Assembly (NCBI GenBank): GCA_047495785.1
Contig: JBLDXI010000009.1
Span: 5,084,001-5,148,000 of the forward strand
Direction of reading: 5' to 3'
Origin: Lepidodermella squamata
Taxonomy: Eukaryota; Animalia; Gastrotricha
Length of the DNA stretch: 64,000 bases
The notes under the pieces: generated by a model
Database searches by the model: none
What the model was told of the DNA's origin: nothing
What the model saw: the letters and a program-made list of their open reading frames with translations, nothing else
Translations under genes and position numbers: made by a program
Shown: piece after piece, positions 49,673 to 60,738 of the stretch
Numbering within the stretch: position 1 is the stretch's first letter
How the letters are laid out: every line of letters begins with the position of its first letter

Positions 49673-50486
49673 CAATATACCTACCGTTTTATATTGGTGG
49701 TTTGCGTTTTACATAAAAGTTATAGTAACATTGCCTTTATAAGACACAGATGTAATGAATTCATTAATTTTAGCTCAGGATAACATTTCTCTTACAGCGT
49801 GTCCCATTTAGTAATTTTGCAAATTTTTGAAGAAAATTAAACTAATTGTTTTAAATTTAACAGAGAATTTTCCATCCTTTATCCGCGATTTTACCGGAGA
49901 AAACCCTGACGATAACCTCGATGGTAACTGGTTCGGTAATTTTCGGTTTTTACCTGGTTGGATCCAATTTCTTCGGAATTTTTTTGCTATGCAAACAAAT
50001 ACGTATTCTGGATCAACAGGTATTTCGGAGAAACGTTGATTTGAAAAATAGGCTTAGTTTATAAAACGTAGCCGCATCGTCCGTCGGCACGCGGCCCGAT
50101 TTCCGATTTATCCGCCTGATTACCGGGTAGCAAAGGCCACAAAATTATTAGTGCTGCGTTGCCTTTCTGCTATGGAAGAGTTTACTGCTGCTGACAGATA
50201 AATAATACTGCAGCGTGGCCTTATTTCGGACAGCCGAGGTCATTTCAGACACTTCCGCACTTAATTTTCACCTCAATTTGGAGACTCTCTACAGTTGCTC
50301 GGGACATTGATTTAGAGGGCCGATCTTGAGGAACAAAGCATTACTAAAGCATTACAAAATAATAGAAAGTGTCTTGCAGTGAGTATAAATTTAGATTGTT
50401 TGGAAGCTATTTTTGAAAATCTTTGCCTCAATGACACTTTCCCACGTCACTCGTCAAACTCAACGCATTCATTATCCAGCCTGCCG

Positions 50487-51294
50487 ATGGGTGCTGAACT
50501 GATAGAGCCGATAGGTCTACTTGAACAACCGCAACATCAGGTATTATTTTTATATTTGAATCCTTGAAAATTAAAATTGAGGAAGGCAAAATGTCGTGTA
50601 CACTACCTACATATTTTTTCGGTCCATCTTTCAGACGCTTCTTCCGAGCACGCCAGCCAAAAGCTTGGCCGCAATAACGCCTCAAGTTTTGATCGACTTA
50701 TTTGACGGCAAATTCGACGCGCTAATCGACGCTTTCGACATTGCTGACTGTCGTTACCCGTACGAATTCGAAGGTGGCCACATTCGCGGAGCAATAAACA
50801 CCCCGTTGTTGTCGCAACTCGAGGCGAATTTCCCCGTCACAGGGTGCCTGAAACAGCATCGCCGCGTTCTGATCGTCCACTGCGAATTCAGCAGCAGCCG
50901 CGGCCCGGCTGCGCTTCGTTGGTTCCGCAACAAAGACCGTAGATTCAACCGCGAAAACTACCCGAAGCTGGACTACCCGGAGGTTTACCTACTCCAGGGT
51001 GGCTACAAGGCGTTTGTCGGGCTTTGCGAGGCTAACGGCCGGTTCGATTTGATCACCCGTGGGTCAAATTCATCGTCTGCTGATCAAAGGACCAGTTATT
51101 ACGTAACCATGCGTGACGGCGGTCATCGTGCGTGGCGGCGCAAGGTCGATGGCGATCGATTTTCAAGTTCGGGCTCGACACCTGATGAACAAATTCGTGC
51201 CGAATCGACACCGCCTGGAATACGACTCAGCAGGGAGCCGCGTCGTAGCCGCGGTCGTCTGCAAAAGTGCCGTCTGGACCTAGAATTTAATTGA
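50487..51294 (+). CDS. CDC25: Short Cdc25 phosphatase, copy 3
   Basis: Exon 1 ends EQPQHQ at donor 50540/50541 (homologous to EQPKHQ in copy 1). Exon 2 (50635-51294) contains HCEFSSSRGP. The in-frame ATG is 50487; the upstream ATG at 50431 is out of frame. Confidence 0.85.
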
Positions 51295-51793
51295 ATTCGA
51301 ACTCGTTGTGATTTTTCGTCAATTTTTATGATAATATATTATTTGAATTTTGTAAAATCCACTATTCTTCTGCTTGTTTGCTATAGTATTTTTACTGACT
51401 CTATCCAATGCCACAGAAATTGTCACGATTTCTGGTTTTCGAAAGCTCTTCTTCTTGCTTTATTTCTTATTTGTTGAGAAAATAATGAAGAATTAAAATA
51501 TTCTGTAAAATAATGTAGAGATTTTTGCGAAACTTTGATACGAAGCGGCACTGTGCGAATCAGGTAAAAGAGCAATGCCCCTGAAAGCGCTCAGATTTAA
51601 GTAGCTCAGATTCCTACGAAATTGGAAAAAAATTCGAAAATCATAAAACTAGGCTGCCTGACAGGGAATCGAAGGAAGTTTGCTAATTTAAAAAATAAAG
51701 AAGTTTCGATTATTTATCAAATTACTGAAAAATGCATTTGCGAAAATGTTTTTGAAGATTGGAATGGCTCGTTGCTTAGGTAAAAAAAACATG

Positions 51794-51867
51794 TGGCCAC
51801 TGGGAGGATCGAACTCACGACCTTCGCGTTATTAGCACGACGCTCTAACCAACTGAGCTAAGCGGCC
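51794..51867 (-). tRNA. tRNA-Ile(AAT)
   Basis: GGCCGCTTAGCTCAGTTGGTTAGAGCGTCGTGCTAATAACGCGAAGGTCGTGAGTTCGATCCTCCCAGTGGCCA, followed by a T-run terminator; one T-stem mismatch. Confidence 0.9.
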
Positions 51868-52216
51868 AGTTGGAGCCAAGCTGTGGCATGCCGGATTGTA
51901 TGTATTGATCAGTGAAATATCATGGAAGCTGCTGGTGGTTGAATGAATTCGGTCCAAGAAAGTGATTAAAGTCCAGCTCCATTGAAATGCTATCTAAAAA
52001 GAAGCCTTGCTATCTAAAGAAGCCTTACAAAAAGACGAGAATGCTTTACAGCAATGAAAATTATTTTTTTATTCCAAAATTAAATTGAATTCAAACAGGA
52101 AAAACAAATCAGAAACAGGTATCGCTGGACTTCAATTTTTAGCATGGGACACAAAATATATATTATAAATAATAAAATAATAAAAATAAAATAAATATAT
52201 TACCATAAAATTGATT

Positions 52217-52289
52217 CGCCCGATGTGGGGCTCGAACCCACGACCCTGGGATTAAGAGTCCCATGCTCTACCGACTGAGCTAACCGGGC
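52217..52289 (-). tRNA. tRNA-Lys(CTT)
   Basis: GCCCGGTTAGCTCAGTCGGTAGAGCATGGGACTCTTAATCCCAGGGTCGTGGGTTCGAGCCCCACATCGGGCG. Confidence 0.95.
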
Positions 52290-52625
52290 TGGTATGATGA
52301 TAAGAATCATTCTGCTTCCCTGAACCGCGCCGCTCTTCGTTGCTTCTAGAGAGCGGTGTTTTCTTTGTATAGCGATGCGGAAGCCATGCTTTGAAATCAT
52401 TATTCTTGCTGGCGTCTTTTGCATACGGTACCCCTTCACGTTAGCATTTTCGATTTTTGATATGATAAGAGTAAGAATAAGTAGATTCAGGCTTTTAGTT
52501 TGGCGGCTGCAATCTGCAGTCCTTGCAATGTCCCTAGGCGGAAAACATACTTTTTTATTGACGATGGGTATATAATATTGTTTGATAAGGCTGTGATTCG
52601 GACAACTTGAACTAGGTGAGTTTAT

Positions 52626-53303
52626 CTACGGCGTCGACTGCTTGCTATTAGGTTGCAGTTCAGAGCAAACAGAGTTAAGAAGCCCGGTTAAGGCCATGCA
52701 TTTCTTGTAATCGGTATCAGCAATCACGCCCATGTAGCCAGGCTCATCGCTCATCATCATCGAAGGACGGCTGCTGTTCATAGGGCGCGGCATCGCCATT
52801 CCAGCTGGCCACATTTCCTCGTTTCCGCAGTTCATTTGCCCGTTGCATTTGTCTGCGCAGCAGTAACACACATCTGTGGACTGAAATTAAATTAAAATTA
52901 CTATTTATATTTTTCGAAAATAATTTTTTCTAATTTATACCAGGCCTTTGCTGCGGCCCATTTGCACCATTTTGGCGCAAGTGACGCCGGTTTTAGCAAC
53001 GTTGCCCGGGTTTTCGTCACAGCCCCATTTGATGCTCATGTATCCCGTGTGAATGGAATCCGCCGAAGTCCGCGAGCAAGCGTTGCAGCCGGTTTTCAGG
53101 GTGACATTTTGAATTTTGGCTGGATCCATTTGCCCGCCATAAGCCGTGTAGATGATCGCAGTACCGGCATAACATGACAAGGCTGTCAAAAATTCGAAAA
53201 TTTGCAAAATTTACATGAGTTCTTCAAGCTATCAAGTACCTGAAGATGATTGAATTAAAGAGGCCGCGGCAAGGCCAATCGCTATTATTACCATTCGCGA
53301 CAT
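52626..53303 (-). CDS. Secreted three-finger/Ly6 (LU/quiver)-like cysteine-rich protein 1
   Basis: Three exons: signal MSRMVIIAIGLAAASLIQSSS; LSCY...CNACSRT...WGC...C; CYCCADKCN. A C-terminal extension follows, without a GPI-type hydrophobic tail. Confidence 0.65.
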
Positions 53304-54185
53304 CGTTATTTCATGTGAAAAATAGTTGCTTATAGGCTTTTGGCATTCAATTTAAAAGTGAGCTAAATGCCGGCTAGAACAAAACGTTGACCTGGGCAGA
53401 GTGGATTTTTTTACGGCTATATCGAGGGCTTAAAAAAAGCAGGTAAATCGAATAGGTCGACCCAGTTTTTTGAAGTTCTCGGTAGAAGAAAATAAAATTA
53501 TCGCCGCAAAAAATGTGAAAGCTTTTTTAAAGTCCTGAGATGGCAAGAAAAATTCGCCGAAGGGCAGTTCTATGATGATTGACTTTAAATGATTGAAATC
53601 AGATAAATGGGATTGAATTTTTCGAGTCTTGGCAACTACTGCGGTTCATTTTTTTCCGAACCTAAACCGAACCTATAAATCACCCAAATCGAGCGAGTAT
53701 GTAGTTTAGGTTCGGAAGTGAAGCTTTTATGCAGGAGATTTATGGCATCCTCGAGCGATTTTAAATGTTTGCCTTTTTTGACTTTCAGCAACGATGGATC
53801 CGTAACGGTGAGGAATTGGCTCATGAGATTTTGTGAGCTTACTGGAATGGGTCCTGACTGTTCATGTTAGAAGTATGAGCCCGGAGAACCTCATGGTTAT
53901 GGAATGACAAGCGTTTGAAAAAAGTGGACATTTTGTATGCAGATTTTTAGGTAACCTTACCCGAGTTGTGTGAAATAAAAAATCAGTGTTATCGCACAGA
54001 AAAAAACGATACCTTTCATTGTTATCCACCTTATAAAAGAGGCCTGGAAACCTTCGCATCAGAATTAGACCGAAAAAAACACAATGACTAAGATACCTGA
54101 ACAATAGCCAGCAAAAAAGCTACAAGTTTTATTGTAATATCCCATTTATAAAAGACGTCGGGAAACTGCGCCTATATCAGCGAAA

Positions 54186-54778
54186 ATGTTCAAGAAAATT
54201 GGTGCGTTGATAGCGATTTTTTCGGCCTTTGGCTTCGCGAATGCCGGGCTCAAGTGTCATGTAGCTACAGTGACCGGGAAGAGTGCGAATTATCTTCCTA
54301 CACCAGAGGACAAAGCTTTCACCCAGCAGGACAACTGCGACTTCTGTTCACGGACCATGACCCAGTTGGGCCAGTTAGTCAGCCTCGTCTTCGGCTGCGG
54401 CAAGGCAGGTTCGCCTAGCGAAGAGTGCGATGAAATGATGATGGTCACCAATGATACAGCAAATAACAGGCGCCAGGTTAGAGAAATGCTTAAATTCCCC
54501 AAAATTTTTAAATAATGATATTTTGTGTATTTTTTTAGTTTGTTTGCAAGTGTTGTGGCGAGTTGTGCAATGGATTTTCGAATTGCTCGTTGAGCATGGG
54601 CGATCGACAGCCACCAGCGGCGATGACTACAACGACGAGCCCCCCACTAAGTTGGGCTAATGCAGCCATCAACCAGCTGCCAGTGGCTTCCAGGTGCTCG
54701 ATGACTTTGCTTTTACTGAATCAAATGTGCGCGGGAATGGGCGTCCGCGAGAACAGCACCACAACCATGAGCAGCTGA
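54186..54778 (+). CDS. Secreted three-finger/Ly6-like cysteine-rich protein 2
   Basis: Signal MFKKIGALIAIFSAFGFANA; LKCH...CDFCSRT...FGC...C; one intron; CKCCGELCN. TATAAAA at 54147. Confidence 0.7.
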
Positions 54779-54921
54779 AGCAAGCGCTGATAATGCTCCG
54801 AATTTACTGAGAGATAATTTCGATTTAAAATTATGCTGAGGTAGACCTAGTATTTTTACTAGTGTTCAGAAAACTTGGAAAGGCTGTTTTAATAAAGTAA
54901 TTTTTAAAGTTGAATTTAAAT

Positions 54922-55061
54922 TGAGTGAAAGCTTTGTTGCCTGGCGTCGGGACATAATTCGCAATCTTCCCGGTCACCTCAGCAGTATGGCACTTGAACC
55001 CGGCGTTCGCGAAGCCAAAGACCGAAAAAATCGCAATCAAAGCCCTAATCTTGTTAAACAT
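54922..55061 (-). pseudogene. Truncated inverted copy of three-finger-like protein 2
   Basis: MFNKIRALIAIFSVFGFANAGFKCHTAEVTGKIANYVPTPGNKAFTQ is clearly paralogous to the gene at 54186; homology then stops abruptly. Confidence 0.75.
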
Positions 55062-55196
55062 GTTCGCAAAAAATAATGCTGATAGGCGATGCGCGTTTCT
55101 CGGTCTTTTTTTCATCTAACCAAATATCTTTTTTCATCTAACCATAATTTTGTCCTGAAAATGGATAATTTTGGAATTTTCGTGTAATTGGAAAAT

Positions 55197-55504
55197 ATCT
55201 TTTTTCATCTAACCAGGGATTCGACCCTTCAATAACTCGGGTAAAAATCATTTTTCTTTCGCTTTAAAGTTGGAATTATTCCTCCTAAGTATTGTCCCAA
55301 TGTCCTGGGATGTTCCTGTCAAGTTCCACCCCTAATTTTGCCAATTTAGATGCTTTGCCGAGAGAGATTCGATAAAATGGGATAAGAAACCTAATACCTA
55401 GCTACTAAAATAAAAAAAAAACAAGTTTAGCCCCGATCCTGATTGTATGAAGGGTTAATTTAGACCCGTACTGCGTTTTCCAGTCTGGTTAGATGAAAAA
55501 AGAT
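55197..55504. mobile_element. MITE-like element with ~20-bp TIRs and extra tandem end copies upstream
   Basis: ATCTTTTTTCATCTAACCAG ... CTGGTTAGATGAAAAAAGAT; the same end sequence occurs twice more at 55104-55143. Confidence 0.6.
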
Positions 55505-55855
55505 TAACCCAAGTCGACGGCACTGAGGCGATTGTGTCTTTCGCTTAATCAACTATATACTATGGCTAATATGATATTTCGACTATTTCGATGATGGCAA
55601 ATTTTTTGGTTTGGTGGCTAATTGGACCGCTGGCTAATGGACCGCTAGCTTCTATGACAGCGGGCTTTACAGAAGTTAGCGGTCCACATAAATTTTCAGC
55701 GGACTAATAAGCCAAATAGTTTAAACAATTTGCCAGCTTGTAATCATCTGAAAATGACTTGGCTACTAGGGTATCATCACTCCTTCATTGGACCGCTGGT
55801 GAAAAACTCAAAATGGACTTCAAATTTTAAATTTCAATTTTTTTTCTAATTTTAG

Positions 55856-55979
55856 GTGCAATAGAGGGGGTTCTGAACGGCGTTGGTTTGTAATGCTTGT
55901 CCCAGCTCCACGCCTACCTCTTTTTATCGGCCGTGCACCTGTTCTGAACGAGCCGAGCAACATTTATTACGGCGGGAAG
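55856..55979 (+). pseudogene. Orphan DM9-repeat exon (paralog of exon 3 of the adjacent DM9 gene), 1 nt out of frame
   Basis: Bounded by AG and GT. Encodes GAIEG(G)...PLFIGRA...YGGK versus GAVEGG...PLYIARA...HGGK in the neighbour, and needs one extra G in the G-run at ~55866-55870. Confidence 0.6.
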
Positions 55980-56591
55980 GTGAGTCGACTTTCAACTTCG
56001 ATAGATCCGCCATCTTGCTCTTTTTTTATAATTATTCAGGTTGATTCTTCCTTTTCGGGCCTTTTAACGGTGCTGAAATACAAATTAATAACTATGAAGT
56101 TCTGTGCACGAGATGAATCAGCTAAGATAAGCATGAAACTTGACAATAAAAATAATTCTCGATCGTCAAGCGCAAAATAAAGATGCTCATTTTCTCACTC
56201 TTTATTCGCGTGCGTAAGTAAATCGAAAGTACCCCAACAACTTGGCAGAATTGTGTCCCATGTTAGATCAATTTCAATCGCTGGTAGAGGATCAGCAAGG
56301 CTAACGCTTGGAGGTGGGGTCTTTCCTCTTGCTGTTAATTAAATTTATTTCAACCACTTCGTCTTTACCCCAATTTCACGAAAGAAGACTCTTACTTAGT
56401 TTGCGTGTGTGTGGCCGGGTGTAATAATGCCGCGCCGGGTATAATAATGCTGCGCCGCCATTCCGAAGGGTCAAGCCTAGCAGGCAAACCACTTAAGGAG
56501 CAAGATTAATTGCAGGCACATTGTGTAATTAAAATAGCTGAGCTTAAATAAATCGTGGAATAATTTCGATTTCTGTTTTTATTTTTAAATC

Positions 56592-57594
56592 ATGGCAAGA
56601 AGGTATTTTACGAAAAAAATTATTTTGCTAAACGATATTATTTATTTTTATTTATTTATGTTTTAGAGCGGTCGAACCGTACTGGAGGGCGGCTTCAAAT
56701 GGGCAAATTCCTGCGGACGCCGTCCGAATTGGCCTGGACGCAGCCGGTGAAATGATGTACGTAGGGCGAGCAAAGATCAGCGGCGATCTATGCCCAGGCA
56801 AGGTTGTTGCCAGCTATGGCTGCTGCTTTGTGGGCTACGGCTTGATTGAACACCAGGTGAAGGAGTACGAAGTCCTTGTGGCCGACGGCGACTTTTGCAT
56901 CCTCGAGTGGGTTGATGCTGCAGACGGGGCTGTACCTTTCGGTTAGTAATTTTTAAATTATTCTAGCATTCAGCTCCACGCTTTACCGAAATCATTGGAA
57001 ATCTGTTTTCAATTTTTTTGATTAGTTGGAGGCGAATTTTTTATTAATCTTACGGTGGATTTTATTATCGCGATTTTACTGTGCAAGCATATGTGTGCAA
57101 GATGCAGGAACACTTTTCTTGCAATTTTTAGCCATCAAAGATTTTTTGATAAATTATCATCGATTATTTTTCCAATTTTAAATAGGCGCTGTTGAGGGAG
57201 GCCGCGCTCTTGGAGGAATAGATGTCGAGCCGCTTTATATTGCCCGAGCTCAAATAAATCAACTGCACGGCGGAAAGGTTGGTTAAATTCAGCATTTTTT
57301 GTAGTCAAAAAAAGTAAAAAAAAAATCAATCGAAATAGCGCGTAGGTATTCAAAAAATAGCATGAAATTCCTCCTTACGGATGATACCTATATAAATATC
57401 CAAGGTGGTGATTGGAAATTCATATCCTTGTTTTTCAGGTTCATCCTTCTCACGGCTGCGCGTTTATCCCATTGGGTGGAGAAGAAGTTAGAATGAAGTC
57501 GTATCAGGTGCTTTGCAAGAAGTACGTTTACGCGCCTCTGCCGGAGCGCCCTTATTTGGAGCGCCGCTATTTAGTGCATAAACTGATTGATTGA
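56592..57594 (+). CDS. DM9-repeat protein (natterin N-terminal/DUF3421-like lectin)
   Basis: Four exons (56592-56602, 56667-56941, 57186-57278, 57439-57594) give two DM9 repeats: WRAASNGQIPADAV...YVGRA...PGKV...EYEVLV and WVDAADGAVPFGAVEGG...LYIARA...GKVHPSHG...YQVL. Confidence 0.88.
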
Positions 57595-59307
57595 TTGAAA
57601 CCGATTTTTCGCATGCATTTGCATATGTACGACAATTTGACCGTGATTTTAATATGAACCTTGGAGAATTCATTGTTTGAAAGTAAGTAAAAATCAGAAG
57701 GGCTGAATCGAAAAATTGCTTCTCAAATGCTGATTATCAATAAGGTTTGTGCGGTATGTATTCCCAGACTTGAAGTGTTAGAATCATCAACTAATCGAAG
57801 TAATTCATCAGCCGAAATTTCTGAAGCCGGAGGCCCGCGTCGCCGTCTGACTTGTTGAGCATCAGAATTGTCACCACTTTTTGCGGCAGTCGATTTTTTG
57901 AGGTAATCAGCAAATGCCAAGTTGTCGCTGGGGCTGAAACTCGTGAAAACATCTAATATAGAGAGCGAGCGTGAATGGTTTTATACCTGATCGTCACTCG
58001 AGTTAATATTAAATCGTTTTCCAGTTGTTTAATAGGCGAGTGTTAAGTAAGAAACAACACGGCTATCATTACGTAGCGAGAGGCGATCTCTCAAAAGGTC
58101 CACTTCTGACGTGAAAGGAATATCCTAGTAGAAATCCATTAATAATACCGAAATTCACGGCATGAATACGGTGGCTACGGCAATATGGAAATATGTCGAT
58201 TTGTCTCCTGGAATGGAAGCTCGGCCTCTCTTCCAAATGGTGCCCAAAACGGCAAAGTTACACCATAATAGTGCTTCAAAATCGCTCAAAGTTTCTGTGA
58301 AAACACAACTTAGCCGAGTGGAGTTTTTACGCAATTTATTTCTGCCGTGTTTTTACCGCAATTTTTTTTGCCGTGTTTTCACGAAGTTTTGCGAAGTTTT
58401 GAAAGCCTCGTAAAACTGCGGCAAGTTTTGTATTACGAAATTTTTTGCGTGAAATGAGGATTTCATTGCGCCCCTACCAAATTTGCTATCTCGCCGGTAA
58501 TTCGATAATAATTCAACTGAAAATCCGCCATCGGAAAACCGAGAACGCTAACTGCTCTCGAACGTTGTCGAATTCTGGGAAATCTTTGCTTTGCTGTCGA
58601 ACACCACGGGCAGGGATTTATTGTTGATGAGATTATTCGAAAGAGGCACGAGACGTACAAGGACGCCGGAGCTTGATAGAAAAGCGTAGTTTTGTGTTAT
58701 CTTTTGTTGAGCAAAAACCTATTGTTTACCGAACTCATGAATCAAAGCAATGCGATCAGCTCATGAATAGTCTGGCACGAGACGCAGATAATTTTACTAA
58801 GGAGGATTCAAGCCTCGGCGTCCTGGTTTTTGGACTCAAAACTTCTTATCTAACGCATAATAAATCGTTCGGGGTGACACCGGTGAAGCTAAAAAGTGGT
58901 TTTCAACCGCAAACTGCAAACTGCAACCGCAAAACCAGCTTCTCCCCATTACACGAACCGATTTTACGCAGGGCGCATGTTTACTCTAAACTCTAAAACG
59001 ATACACCTTTTTCTCGAATTAAGTGAACCGTCGCATCATAGTTCAAGGACTGCAGCGATGAACAAATTGTATAGAGTATTTAATGTTAGAATTGGAACGC
59101 TGATCTCAGATCCCCCGTCATCTGTGGTGCCACGGAAATCCCTTTTGTATTAAATTTTCTTCATCAAAATTCTGAACAGGAACAAAAAGTCGAAAAAGTC
59201 GAGTATCATGGCAGCACCTCGATATCTTTCCTTTATTTTCAGCAGCACTTTTAAATTTTAAAAATTATCTCTCCAACACAGACGCGATTGCATGACAGCT
59301 AGCCAAG

Positions 59308-60184
59308 TTACGCCTTGATGGCGAACTTGCGCTGCGGCCACACGCGCTCCTTGCGCAGCTGCTTCGCCGTCTTGACGCTGCGCTCGTGCGGGTTGAGCGC
59401 GCGGCGGATGGCGCGCGTGTACTTGCGGCGCAGCTCTTTCGGCTTGTGCGTCTTCGTCTTGTAGAACTTGCGCAGCGCCTCCGTCTGCGTCTGGTTGATC
59501 ACAGTCAGCACGCGCGCGATCGACTTGCGAATCACACGGCTAAGAAACAAAAACAAATAATATCACAAATTATTTCAGTGAAATATAAATAAAATTAAGC
59601 TGGACTTCCAAGCACTAACAAATTTGTCGAGCTAATATATCAATCAAAATCGAGTTTAATTATATGTCTTGGTAGGAAAAATCGCAAAACTTATGGAAAA
59701 TTTAACAAAATCTTTGAGAAATGGAATAAACCGTAAACTATGGAATTGTTTGGAAGCTGGAAAATTTGGCAACAGCTGTCTCTTGAAAATCGTTCTTATT
59801 TGGATTTTCCTTATAATCTTTCGATTGGTGGAAACATTGCGACCATTTTTTGAATATTTTAGTGAAAAAAACGAAAATTGGCTACGCAAATTGTTGCTGA
59901 GTTGAAGAAAATGAAAACTATAACAAAGGGAGTCGGAAATTCATTCAAATAATTCTCTTGCAAATTTGCTCAAAATTTCAAAAATTATGGAGAAAATGAA
60001 ACTTTGATCTTTGATTGATAACGCAAGTTAATGAGGCTCACATTTTGACGAGCTTGGACGGACCACCGCTGCCGGTGACCTTGGCGACGCGCAGGTTGGC
60101 GAGTTCCTGCTTCAGCTCCTCGAGCTGCTTGACGAGCTCCTCCTTCTTCTTGCCACGCAGATCACGAGCGCGAACCTTGCTCAT
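59308..60184 (-). CDS. RPL35: 60S ribosomal protein L35 (uL29)
   Basis: Exons 60184-60042 and 59539-59308: [21 protein letters not shown]...VAKVTG...[17 protein letters not shown]...RKFAIKA. Confidence 0.97.
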
Positions 60185-60738
60185 TTTCAACAAGACTGAC
60201 TAAATTCCTAAAAATAACAAGACACAACCATTATTTTCATCATCGTCTAAAAATCAGCATTGTTCATCTTCGTTATCAATTAAATATCGCGGTAAATATC
60301 AATGTTATTATAAACTTTAACCAATAGTCGTAGTGTTAAAATCGCTCAGAAAAAAGAGAGATAGAGTAAAGCTAAACAAATGATGTAGCAATGTTCGATA
60401 TTGAGTAACATCATTGGAATACGAGAGCGAGATTAATAAAAGTTTCAACTAAAAGAGATTATTTTTTACATAATAATAATTGTATAAAAAATGACTTTGT
60501 GCGCGTTTATGACAAGTAAAATGAGAATCACTCGTGCGGGGTCGTCGGAGAAAAAATTCATCAATCAATCGTGACTTGAAGTTGTAAAAAATTAAAATCA
60601 ATTAGATTAGACCAGATCGCAACTGGGCAAGGAAGAACAGAAAAAATGCGCGATTTTTCACAGATAAAGGTTCCGTAAGAAAAAGAACGTGATTTCCGAA
60701 AAATCACGTCCCTAACTGCGGAAATTGAAATTTTATAA

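Noticed and set aside
57723-59153. Short ORFs and possible splice sites between DM9 and RPL35, including a GKRFNINSS string resembling a PolA thumb motif
   Set aside because: No consistent spliced frame could be built, and an in-frame stop lies just upstream of the motif.
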